NCBI RefSeq assembly: GCF_964204645.1
Contig: NW_027437470.1
Coordinates: forward strand, 9,001 to 73,000
DNA: 64,000 nt
Direction of reading: 5' to 3'
Source: Tubulanus polymorphus
Lineage: Eukaryota > Animalia > Nemertea
Shown: positions 1 through 10,950 of the stretch, piece by piece
Numbering within the stretch: the stretch's first letter is position 1
Layout: every line of letters starts with the position of its first letter
Made by a program: the position numbers and the translations under genes
Notes under the pieces: generated by a model
What the model saw: only the letters and a program-made list of their open reading frames with translations
What the model was told of the DNA's origin: nothing
Database searches by the model: none

Positions 1-41
1 GTCAAATAAATTATGGTTCGAATTCGACCACGGTAAATATC

Positions 42-3000
42 TTGTTTGACGAAGGAGCGCAGTGCTCATTCATCACTAAAAAGTCGGTAAATGAATTAGG
101 TGTCCGATTGGACAAATTTGAAAAGCAAGATGTAAATATTTCCACCTTTGGTGAGAATTCGCCTGGGGCACGTACTCTACGGAGTATAGATTTAAAACTT
201 CGTACACGTAAAGGCGAAATTGGTTTACGTGCATTAGTTGTACCGGAAATATGTCCACCAATTCAGAACAATGTAAAACTTGCTGTGACAAATCACCCGT
301 ACCTTCGAAATTTACCATTAGCACCGTACGTCAACACCAGCAATTGTGAAATTAATCTATTAATCGGTGCTGATTATTACTGGTCGATCGTAGAGAATGA
401 AGTGGTTAGAGGAGCTGGCCCGACAGCTGTCAGTTCCAAACTCGGGTTCCTTCTATCAGGACCCATCAATTTGAATGCGAATACATCGGTACTCCATACT
501 ACCTGTCTTTTGAATACTATACATTCAAACGATGAATTCTCAAAATTATCTAACTACTGGGATCTTGAAGTAATTGGCATCAAGGAAACGATTAAATCTG
601 AAACAATGAATTTTGAAACGTATCGAGACAATTACCTTAAACGCGATACCAGTGGTAAATATATAGCGAATTTACCTTGGAAAGAAGATTATCCACCGCT
701 CCCTACCAATTTTGATATTTGTACCGCTAGAACTAGATCTATGGTTAAACGCTTGTCTCCAGAACTGAGGCAGACATATAATGCGATAATAGCAGAGCAA
801 CTTTCACGCGAATTTATTGAGATAGTAGAAAATGATGACAAGAGCCAGGGCCATTACATACCCCACCACTCGGTTAAAAAGGAATCAATCACAACACCGA
901 TTAGAATTGTTTATGATTGTAGTTGTAAACAAGGGGATAATCCTAGTTTGAACGACTGTCTCGAAAGCGGTCCTTCATTAATAAATGATCTTGTGCAGAT
1001 ATTAATCCGCTTTCGCACGAATAACGTCGCATTTACAAGTGATATTGAAAAGGCATTTTTAAATGTAAAACTCGGTGAAAACGATAGAAATTTCACAAAA
1101 TTTCTATGGCTATCAGATCCTACGGATCCCGATAGTCCCTTCAAGGTCTATCGTTTCAAATCAGTACTTTTCGGGTCCACTAGCTCACCATTCATCTTAA
1201 ATTCTGTAGTGAAAACGCATCTACAGTCCGAAAATACAGAAATCTCAATCGATATGCAATCAAACATATACGTCGATAACGTTCTCAGTGGCTCTCATAA
1301 CGCTAAAAAAGCAATTGAATATTTTGAAGAAGCCACGAATACTATGAGCAGGGGTGGATTTATTTTGAGATCATGGGCTACAAACGACCCAGAACTAAGA
1401 TCGTTGATAAAACAACAGGCAATGGGTGAGAATAATGAAATCGTCAATGTCGTAGGGTTACAATGGGATACGATTAGTGATACTCTTCAGTTTTCAAAGG
1501 CCATAAAAGACCCAGCTATGTGCACTCAGTCTGTGGTATCTAAGCGGGAAGTTGTGAGCGTAACAGCGTCACTATTTGACCCCCTTGGTCTCCTCTCGCC
1601 TGTGCATATTCAAGCTAAAATGTTTATCCAGAAATTGTGGCAATCTAAACAAACTTGGGATGAACCCTTATCTGATGAATTATCATCACTCTGGTTTGAA
1701 ATACATCAGCAGTTATACGCCTGTCAACATACAGCTATACAAAGACCATATTTTGGTCAACCGACTAGTGAATGTGAACTACACATTTTTGCTGATGCCA
1801 GTCCCAATGCTTATGGGGCTGTAGCTTATCTGAAAACTGACAAATCGACTTCAATCATCATGGCAAAATCACGGGTTAAACCATTAAAAGAGGTTACTAT
1901 CCCTAGACTTGAATTATTGGCAGCACTGATCGCTGCACGGCTCGCGAAATTTATCCGTGATGCATTCGACAAGTCAAATTTAAGTTTAACAAAATGTGTT
2001 CTTTGGTCCGATAGTCAGATCACAATACATTGGATTCGGAGTGAGAAGAAATTACCCACATTCGTCGAAAACAGAGTCCGTGAAATTCGGTCTGTCAAAT
2101 TTGACATAATCAATTATTGTCCTACAAAGGACAACCCTGCTGATCTCTTGACTCGGGGCATCAATACCCAAGACTTGGATAATAGTAGATTATGGTGGTT
2201 TGGACCAACTTGGCTGCCTAATGGCGATTGGCCAATTGATCGATTGAATAATTCAACTGTACTATATTGTTCAGTAAATAATTCTGAATCGCACTCTCAA
2301 CAGTGTGCAGAATTAGCTAGTACTAATTCTATCTCAGTTCTATCAACCACCGCAACTCCATCAGAACCGTCTGGAATACAAAAAGTAATAGATGTCGAGC
2401 AATTCAATTCGCTGCATAAATTACTTCGAGTCACAGCATGTGTACTACGCTTTATTTCTATTATGAAGAAGACATGTCAACCTAGACATAATCATATTAC
2501 CGTGCCAGAAATACGTTTGGCTCGTACTACGTGGGTTCGCTCTTTGCAAGATGACGAATTTTCAAATGAAATTAAATGTATTCAGAAAGGGGGACGAGGT
2601 ACCCAATTGACTAAACAATTAAACCTATTCACTGATAAAGAGGGTTTAATTAGATGTGGCGGTCGTTTTCAAAACGCGAATCTTAACTACAACGCTAAGT
2701 ACCCAATATTATTGCCATCGAAGCACCCATACACAAAATTAGTAATTAGTGACGCCCATAAAATGGTTCTACACAGTGGGTTACAATCAACTTTGTGTTA
2801 CATACGTCAATCATATTGGATACCAAGAATTAGGCAAATAGTTAGCCCAATTATTAGAAAATGCTCAGTTTGCATTAGACATGATGGTAAATCATATCGT
2901 GCGCCAATCACGCCTCCGTTACCTGCCTGTAGACTAAAAGAAGCTCCACCCTTTACCATCACAGGCGTTGATTTCACTGGCCATTTATATTATCGCACGA

Positions 3001-4025
3001 AACACTCAAAACAGAACAAGGCATACATATGTCTATTTACATGCGCCGTTTCCAGGGCAATACATCTGGAAATAGTCACTGATCTGACGCCTGCTTCCTT
3101 TATGAGAGCATTTCGCAGATTTGCCAGCAGGAGGTCGTTGCCAAGTCAATTGATCTCTGATAATGGTTCAACATTTTTGTCTGCAGAAAACGATATCAAA
3201 GAAATATTCAAATCAACAAAAGTCAGAAACTTTCTGTCTAACAAACTTGTCACTTGGACATTTATACCGAAACGCGCGCCATGGTTTGGCGGATTTTATG
3301 AAAGATTAGTCGGTATAACGAAAAACACTTTGAAAAAAGTAGTTGGTCGAGCGTGTATTACCTTGGACGAATTGTCGACTCTAATTATTGAAATAGAGGC
3401 TACAATAAACGATCGTCCCTTAACGTACATGACAAATGATGACGATGAGATCATTCCCTTAACTCCATCACATTTAATTTGTGGGAGAATGATTACTCTG
3501 TTACCTCAACCGGTAGTTGAAGAAAACGAACTAATTGATCCGAATTTTAACTTACCGCCCATCGGTTTCTCCGACGCGAACAAACGCATGAAATACTTAG
3601 ACAGTCTTTTCCAAGATTACTGGATACGGTGGCGAAATGAATATTTGCCAACCTTAAGGGAAAACCACTGTCAGACGCTAAAGCGGGGTGGAATTACGGA
3701 AAATCATGTCAAAATAGGCGATATAGTGATCGTTCATGATGACTCAAAAAAGAGAATCTTTTGGCAACTCGCTATCATTGAAGGTCTGAACAAGGGCAAC
3801 GACGGTCTTGTGAGATCCGCGGTAATTCGTACTAAAAACGGAATTACGAATAGACCTCTTAAGAAATTATACCCCTTAGAAATCAATTCTGATAGTGGTG
3901 AGAAAATGAATGATGAATCATCGCCACTAATTAGTAATATTCAACCCCCAATGAAAATAAAACGAAATGCAGCATTGAACGCTAGAAATAAAATAAAAAA
4001 CTGGTGTGACAAACTGGTCGACTAA
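42..4025 (+). CDS. pol: BEL/Pao LTR retrotransposon Pol polyprotein (aspartic protease, RT, RNase H, integrase); gag lies upstream of the window
   Basis: Uninterrupted 1327-aa ORF. Protease motif (I)LFDEGAQCSF; RT motifs DIEKAFL, VLFGSTSSPF, YVDN; Pao RNase H HIFADAS...IMAKSRV..IPRLEL..WSDS..NPADLLTRG; integrase HHCC plus GVDFTG/SDNG/GGFYERLV. Domain order PR-RT-RH-IN is typical of BEL/Pao. Confidence 0.96.
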   Translation: MFDEGAQCSFITKKSVNELGVRLDKFEKQDVNISTFGENSPGARTLRSIDLKLRTRKGEIGLRALVVPEICPPIQNNVKLAVTNHPYLRNLPLAPYVNTSNCEINLLIGADYYWSIVENEVVRGAGPTAVSSKLGFLLSGPINLNANTSVLHTTCLLNTIHSNDEFSKLSNYWDLEVIGIKETIKSETMNFETYRDNYLKRDTSGKYIANLPWKEDYPPLPTNFDICTARTRSMVKRLSPELRQTYNAIIAEQLSREFIEIVENDDKSQGHYIPHHSVKKESITTPIRIVYDCSCKQGDNPSLNDCLESGPSLINDLVQILIRFRTNNVAFTSDIEKAFLNVKLGENDRNFTKFLWLSDPTDPDSPFKVYRFKSVLFGSTSSPFILNSVVKTHLQSENTEISIDMQSNIYVDNVLSGSHNAKKAIEYFEEATNTMSRGGFILRSWATNDPELRSLIKQQAMGENNEIVNVVGLQWDTISDTLQFSKAIKDPAMCTQSVVSKREVVSVTASLFDPLGLLSPVHIQAKMFIQKLWQSKQTWDEPLSDELSSLWFEIHQQLYACQHTAIQRPYFGQPTSECELHIFADASPNAYGAVAYLKTDKSTSIIMAKSRVKPLKEVTIPRLELLAALIAARLAKFIRDAFDKSNLSLTKCVLWSDSQITIHWIRSEKKLPTFVENRVREIRSVKFDIINYCPTKDNPADLLTRGINTQDLDNSRLWWFGPTWLPNGDWPIDRLNNSTVLYCSVNNSESHSQQCAELASTNSISVLSTTATPSEPSGIQKVIDVEQFNSLHKLLRVTACVLRFISIMKKTCQPRHNHITVPEIRLARTTWVRSLQDDEFSNEIKCIQKGGRGTQLTKQLNLFTDKEGLIRCGGRFQNANLNYNAKYPILLPSKHPYTKLVISDAHKMVLHSGLQSTLCYIRQSYWIPRIRQIVSPIIRKCSVCIRHDGKSYRAPITPPLPACRLKEAPPFTITGVDFTGHLYYRTKHSKQNKAYICLFTCAVSRAIHLEIVTDLTPASFMRAFRRFASRRSLPSQLISDNGSTFLSAENDIKEIFKSTKVRNFLSNKLVTWTFIPKRAPWFGGFYERLVGITKNTLKKVVGRACITLDELSTLIIEIEATINDRPLTYMTNDDDEIIPLTPSHLICGRMITLLPQPVVEENELIDPNFNLPPIGFSDANKRMKYLDSLFQDYWIRWRNEYLPTLRENHCQTLKRGGITENHVKIGDIVIVHDDSKKRIFWQLAIIEGLNKGNDGLVRSAVIRTKNGITNRPLKKLYPLEINSDSGEKMNDESSPLISNIQPPMKIKRNAALNARNKIKNWCDKLVD

Positions 4026-4697
4026 TGCACAGGTTCAGCCTAATCAGAGTATAATTCAAACTTATGTTCATAATGTTTCTTAATATGAGTTAATTTCATT
4101 TTTGAAGATTTATAATGTTAAGAACATGTTCTTCTATGTTTTTCAATTATTAAAATGTGTAAATGACGATCACCATAGTATATATGTAAAATTTAATGTT
4201 AATTGAAATGTAAGTTGAATCTTAACAGTGAAAATCATGTATGTATACATTCAAGCACAAATTGTATTAATGTTGAAATACTATGTAATTTCCTTTCTAT
4301 TATATACCTGAATATATATCGGAGTAAATGTTCTTTTTATATCTGATATTCACATGTTTTTAATTTCAAGAATACGTCAATCAATATTGTAATCTGTTAT
4401 CTCATAATAATGCTATACAATATCCTAGTTATCATGTATACACCTATATTTTAGTTGAGACACAACGCAATGTCAAAGTTTAACGTCAAAGCTTAATGTC
4501 AATGTTTAATGTCAAAGCAATCTCAGTTTTGTGTTAAATGAAGATTAAGAGTAATGCAAACTTAATGTATCGAAGATTTAGTGATTCTGATATGAAATTG
4601 GAAATTGATTAATTTCTCATTTTTTACGTAGGCTTATTAACCTCATAGGTATTCCTAATTGATTATACATCCTATCTTTTCTTCCCGCCGCCGGGAG

Positions 4698-5093
4698 TGT
4701 TTCGAAAGTTCGGTTACTAAGCCGCTCATCTGGTTTGTGTTTATATATTTACTGTGGATGACATCTTGTTTATGTTTATTCTCCATCTATGTGAAAATAA
4801 AATCAGTCACTTCCAAGGTTTCGTAGTAACCAGACGTGTTGCTTCTTTCTCTCGGATCTGTCCCCTCTGGTCGAATCGAACCTTTCACGACAAAGATGGA
4901 GTAAAAAGAATAACAATATATTGATAAAAGATTTCTCGAAAATGCATAGGCCTCCCAACAGATTTGCGGTGTCGAACATCTTTCTTTAAGCCAGTGTTTC
5001 CAATCTGAAATTGATTCAAGTATATTATCATACCTATTATTTTTATATAGTAGGCTAGGCACTAATTTAGCACACCCACACACATAATAGACA
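4698..5093 (+). repeat. Probable 3' LTR of the BEL/Pao element
   Basis: Starts TGTTTCG right after a GC/purine-rich tract (GCCGCCGGGAG) ~670 bp downstream of pol. A plausible end is ...TAGACA at 5093. The 5' LTR is not in the window, so the right boundary is uncertain. Confidence 0.55.
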
Positions 5094-5110
5094 TAGGGCC
5101 ATGTTGTATC

Positions 5111-5865
5111 CAGGGTTCATAGTCTCCATGACCAGTCTCATTCCATGATTTTCAAGCACCTTTTCGAGCCGAATTCAATGACCCAATGTTACTAATACTG
5201 AAACTTCGATAGCATATTTTACACCTGGCTTCCCTTATATCATTACATTTATCGATCCATAGGCTATAATCATCATGCTTAAGCCAAGAATCCTGAAATC
5301 TACATTTTCCAGGCATTCTTACAATCAGTAGACTTTAAGGGCTCTAACAGTGAACTTGTAACTGTGACCTGCAGATGGTAACAAATGACTGATCTAGTTT
5401 TTGAAAATTTGTCTCAAATGTTTTCAAATGAAAAATCAATTGAAACATCAGTAGAGTCAAAAGAACGAAAGCAGGCCATGAACAGATCACACTCAACGTT
5501 TTGCCTATAGCAAATTACATTCAATTGGATTATAAATTAGACAGTGTGTTGCCATATATTTGCATTGACCAGACAGAATCATTGTTTTCATTGTAGTTGA
5601 GATAAATTAAGACTAATTAGACGTGATTAGTCGGAACTAGACCTAACAATACAATGATCAGATCTGATAATGTATAATGCCTAAGCTATAGATTATCTGT
5701 GACTGACCACTTTGAAATCTATGCGCGCAGTAAGGTAGATCACTCTCAATGACCATGACCATGAATCAATGACTTTAGAGGCAATTCCATGACTTTCAAG
5801 GCCTTGAATTGACCTATTCCCATTTCATGACTTTCCATGACTTTCAATGACCGCTATGAACCATG
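5111..5865. mobile_element. Non-autonomous TIR DNA element (possibly hAT-like)
   Basis: Imperfect TIRs CAGGGTTCATAG / CTATGAACCATG and repeated subterminal CCATGAC(T/C) motifs at both ends. No TSD seen. Confidence 0.45.
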
Positions 5866-7829
5866 TATGACCCACAGCCCCCGCCCAAGTTGGCAGTTGA
5901 AACATTGACATTGATGGTCCCTGGTCCCTCACAGTAAACTGATAAACTAGCAGCTGCTTATAAGCCCATTCTTGTCCATTATAAAATTGGGTGCATTAAA
6001 TTGTCTTTCTGTTATTGACAAGTCCAGAAGAGAGGCTTTTTTAATGATTAAAAATGACACCTCTCAATCAATTGAAAACATACCTTCATTTCCGCTTGTC
6101 TTTATGCTGACAAACAAATTCAGTGCCAGTTTCGGCTTCGTATTCAGATATGTTTCTGAACACTTCTTCAGCGCGTTTAATATTATGGAATATGGAAGAC
6201 CTCAGACGACATACGAGATATAAGATACGAGATACAACATACGAGATACAACATACGAGATATAAGATACGAGATACAACATACGAGATACAACATATGA
6301 TATGCGACATACGAATATTAGTAGGGCGCCATTTTTGGTCACAAGATGTCATTTGTCGTGGAGAAGTTACAGGAATGGGGGATGGGGCAACTCGTCGGAA
6401 TCTTCGAAGGTTAGTGTGAGACACTTAACCTCCGAAATTCAGTTCTAGTAGGCTAATTTAGTAAGTTAGTGGACTTTACAGCCGAGGTTACGGCTCTCCG
6501 TCACCACCACGTGGATGACCGGGTCCCTCGCTTGAAACACGGACGTGACAACGAGTAAATGCAAAATCATACAAAAGCCACTTATAAACACGATACGTTT
6601 TTTGTCAATATTTAATGTGTAAATTGGATATCGAAGTGACACGTTTTTTGTCAATATTTAATGTGTAAATTGGATATCGAAGTTCTGATGGCAATATTGA
6701 TATCTGTAAATTTAGGAAATTTGGATTGTGACTGCCTGTCAGCATATTTTGACAGTTGAGCGCCATCTATCGAACATAAATTGAAGCCAAATTTTACTGC
6801 CAATTTTGCCAATCATTGTATTGTTAGCATGTCTAATTAGTAGTCTGTTGAATTTTAATAATTTTTTATAATGTCTGAGTAGCAAGCCCGTGTCAAGCTC
6901 TTTTGAGGGGCAGTTCTATTGCAAGAAAAAGGGCACTGTTTCACTGTAAAATGGGGCACTTTCTTGTTGAAAAAGCCTGGGCAGATCTTAAATAACAAGT
7001 GCCCGGGTACCTGAAAAATCATTTGAGAATGGATTACTTTTCATTTTCTATAAAATGAGAATTTTTTCCAATTTTCGAAAAATCTTGACCCAAATCTTTA
7101 GGCACTGACTTTTTTGAAAGGGACTTTTCAGGGGGTTCGTTTGCTACCCCCGAACCCCTCTTCGGTATGGGCCGGAGTAGGCCAATCTGATTCCACAGGC
7201 ATTAAAATTGGCCTAAAGTGTTATTCAATTTCGTGTCACATCGATTTTTTTAAAAATTTTGCATAATTCTTTTGAACAAATTGGTCTTAACAAATATCTC
7301 ATGGGTGGATATAGCAACACTTTAAACCCCTGGCAGAGGATATGCGCATGTAGCCTCTTTACAAGTCGAGACCTCTGATCGCTCATTTTAACTTGTTTTT
7401 TAGATAATTCTATAGACCAGGAGGCATTTCTTCTGCTGGACGAAGAAGCACTTAAAGAATTGATACCCAAAATAGGCCTACGCATCAAGATAAGGAAAAG
7501 GATGCAAGAATTGGAGGGACACATCCTCAATGCCTCCAGTGACAAGGTATGTGCTGTTTTCCAACACACTGCATGTACAGGGTGTCCTGTAAGTAACGCA
7601 ACTTTTTACCCTACTTGGGACTTAAGTCCAAGCGGGCTATTGCGTTCACTTTTCGTCTGTCCGTCCGTCAATAATTTATATCCAGTTTCAGGGTTCAGTT
7701 CCACAAATATATGTTTATATCACAGTCAAATTTTTGTTCTATTATCATTATGTAGGCCTCTTCAGACAATCCAATCAAAAGAGGCATCTTTACTTTACTT
7801 TACAGTACCTTTACTTTGCATATTTACAG

Positions 7830-7929
7830 TGTACTGGACAGCCTCAAGCATCAACATTTGAGTGTACCAGACAGCCTCAAGCATCAACATTTGAGTGTAC
7901 CAGACAGCCTCAAGCATCAACATCTCAGG
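7830..7929 (+). repeat. 33-bp coding tandem repeat, 3 copies (CTRQPQASTFE)
   Basis: TGTACCAGACAGCCTCAAGCATCAACATTTGAG repeated three times. Confidence 0.85.
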
Positions 7930-9014
7930 GTTAGTTTTTGTAGTAAATCTGTACTAAAGATTCTGTAATGACGCGCAAAAGTTGGTATGAACCTAGTGTA
8001 GCAGACTTTTAGCAAATTCAGTTTAAATTCAGAAAAAATACACATGACTAATGTATCATCAGTTGAATAAGACAATAAGTTGTGTTGGGCTGTTATATTT
8101 CAGGTTTTAATCAACAGACATCTGTGGCAGAGGCACTTGCAGCCATAAGGACAAAACGGCTTGAAGTATGCGCACTACTGCTATACATATTCCTACAATC
8201 TCATTTTGTCCTAACACAAAATTTTTCCATTTTTGCAGGGCAAGACAACAGAAAATATGCCATCCAAAAAAAAGATGAAAAAAACCTGAATTGAAAATAA
8301 CAGCTGGATGGTTAAGATGGAAAAATGATCGTTACGTCCAAGTTAGAAGTGCAAATGGTGGTGGAACGCGCAAGATAGATATGCCACGCAACAGCAATTA
8401 CAATGATATCCTGAAGAAATTGCGAGAGATTTATGACATAAAAACGCCGATTGAAAATTGTGTACTTCTAAGTTTTTGTGAGGAAGAAGTGGATGAAAGC
8501 ATCGCATTAGAAAGCTACAAAGACTCACTCAGTAAAATTGGGAAGCCTCTGTGCTCTCTCTATATAGGGAGGTAAGCAGTCAATGAGATACAATTGGAAA
8601 TGTGAATACTTGTACAGATGTTAATGACTTCTTTAAATGTACACTGTACTTACTAAATGACACCAAAGTGATTAGCACTGATTTTACATTTGAAGACAGA
8701 AGTACTGTAGTTTCTTTCAACGTCTTTAAATTTGCCAATTTATTTCAAATTTTCTGCAATATTACTGAAGTTTAAGATTGAAAAAGGTCAGCATCTATGG
8801 CGTGTGGAATTTCACGTTTCGTCTAACAAGATAAGTCTGTACACTTTACAATTTAAGTAATGATGAGGCAGGTGAAGATGAGACTGGTAATAAGGAGGCA
8901 GATGATGAAGATGTTGCTGGTTATAAAGAGGGAAGTGAAGATGAGGCTGGTAATGAGGAGGTGGGCAAAGAGAAAGATGTGAAAGTGGCTATTGAGAAAA
9001 AAACTGACAGGTAA

Positions 9015-9384
9015 GGCCACACAAAGAAATACCCTAGTTTCTCATCAGATTTTTTTCTGAAAAGTGACGAGGGCGGGCAAATTCTATTTTTATTGCTTCT
9101 TTTAAATAAAAAGCTCAACCTGAGTACTTAGGAACAGACGCGGGAGGGAAGTTTTTTTTACTCATGCTAAACAAATACCAGTAATGCAAGTAAAACATAT
9201 GCAAAAAACTTTATTCAGAATTAAGTAGCTCCCCAATACCTACACAATCAAACTATATCGACTCATTTAATCGTTAAAAAAAGGCGATTGATGCTTTGCC
9301 GATGCGGGCGAGCGCATTTAGGGACTTCATGACAGGGGCTTTATTTGACTTTCTTGAAAAACTAGGGTATTTCTTTGTGTGGCC
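9015..9384. mobile_element. PIF/Harbinger-type (Tourist-like) MITE
   Basis: Perfect 26-bp TIRs GGCCACACAAAGAAATACCCTAGTTT with a TAA target-site duplication on both sides. Confidence 0.85.
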
Positions 9385-9846
9385 TAATATATTGACGCAA
9401 ACACAGATGTAATTGTTTTCTATAGTTTTGGAATAGAATCTTGATAAACTTCTAAGCACTAGAAGCAACACTTCAGTTGTTCCTGGAATGTCGTTATGAA
9501 CAATTTAACCCTTTTGCAATTTCAGTACTGTAGGTGTGCAAAATCAGTTCACTTATCAATTAGGAACCTTAGATGATGTTAAAGCATATCTGGCTGACAA
9601 GCTCGAAAAAGATAATGCGGATAAGTTTGATGAAGAAATGGGCTTCGAGTTACTCAACTACGACCGTGAACAATTTGTGCCTGTTTTCGTGGCTCCCCAC
9701 GTCAAACTCTACATTGAACTGAACAACGTATCAGCCGAAATACGCGAGACGGGATGGGGAGATTTTGCACTGTTGACGCATCATCAAATGTCAGTCCTAA
9801 AAGTGATGAAGGCTGAATATAACTTGACGCATTTAGTGATCGCATT

Positions 9847-10950
9847 TAGAGAGGCCACTTTCATTTTGCAGATATCAACCTGCCCTGAGAGGCCACTTTC
9901 ATTCGGCAGAAATCAACCTGCCCTGAGAGGCCAGTTTAACTGCTGCTGTTTGAGTTGTGAAATCACCTGCCCTGAGAGGCCAGTTTCATTCTGCAGATAT
10001 CACCTGCCCTGAGAGGCCAGTTTCGTTTCGATAATACAGATTTTTCCTACATTTGCAATCTAGGCTAGGCCTCACGCATGTTACCAAAATGAGTTTAGAA
10101 AATGTGTCGTATGTTTTATATTGACGTAATGAGCAATTGCGCATGCTCTCCTCATCTCTTCGTCACCTCCCATTAATTTGTGAGCAAGCCGATAGCCAGT
10201 TTAATTACGATGCGATAAGGACTTTGTTATTTAACACTAGTGCATTCATATTTATTGATGCAAACAATGTATAGAAATACGTATGCAAATGTAACACAAG
10301 AAAGTGAAGTGCAAAGAAATTAGAAGAAACATATAGCACGTTAATCGTAATAAATTATAGATTACAAATAAAAACAGCGCCGCTTGGAATCATATAATTT
10401 AATTTTTACAAAAAACTTGTATCATCGTTATCATTGATTACCTAACATAGCAGCAAAATTCTATTCCTAAGAATAATTGTGATTTTTCTTCTTCATTAAG
10501 TTATAGATGAAATTTTTTATGATGTTTTGATAAGAAATGTTCCCACAAGGAAAAGTTTTTTTCATTTCTTTATTTCTATGAAAAATATTAGTATTTTTTA
10601 ATTTGTTTCTGAAAAATATCAATTCTAATTCTATTTTCTTATATATTTCAACAAAAATTCATATTTTGATTTTAGGTAACTTTTGTTTCCCTATCGTCTT
10701 GACTTTTTAACTGTTTTAGCTTAATATGATTAAAAGCATTTGTATATCTCAATTTATTTCTATAGAATACAGCGTAGTCTTCTATTGTATGATCGAAAAC
10801 TTTAGTTTGAATCTGAATATCCTGATCACCTTGCCGCCATTTCAGCTCACTCTGTTGTATGGGTTTTCATTTTCTATTGATTCAAACAAATGGCCTCTCA
10901 AGGCAGGTTCCTGCCCTGAGAAGCCATGTGGCCTCTCAGGGCAGGTTCTG
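9847..10950. repeat. Clusters of CCTGCCCTGAGAGGCCA motifs (direct at 9847-10023, inverted and palindromic at 10890-10950); probable DNA-transposon subterminal repeats
   Basis: At least 4 direct copies and 2 inverted copies are visible. Confidence 0.5.

Larger units (their letters stand above)
7404..9850 (+). pseudogene. Spliced cargo gene in the IS3EU-like element: SAM-like domain, 'QVRSANGGGTRK' domain, acidic segment; frameshifted
   Basis: GT-AG exons at about 7404-7546 (IDQEAFLLLDEEALKELIPKIGLRIKI, SAM-like), 7830-7929, 8104-8165, 8239-8572, 8857-9010 and 9526 onward. Frameshift in the A-run near 8280; 3' end disrupted by repeats. Confidence 0.55.

Noticed and set aside
6086-6424. Overlapping ORFs 6086-6424 and 6123-6419
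   Set aside because: They are translations of the subterminal microrepeats of the TIR element.
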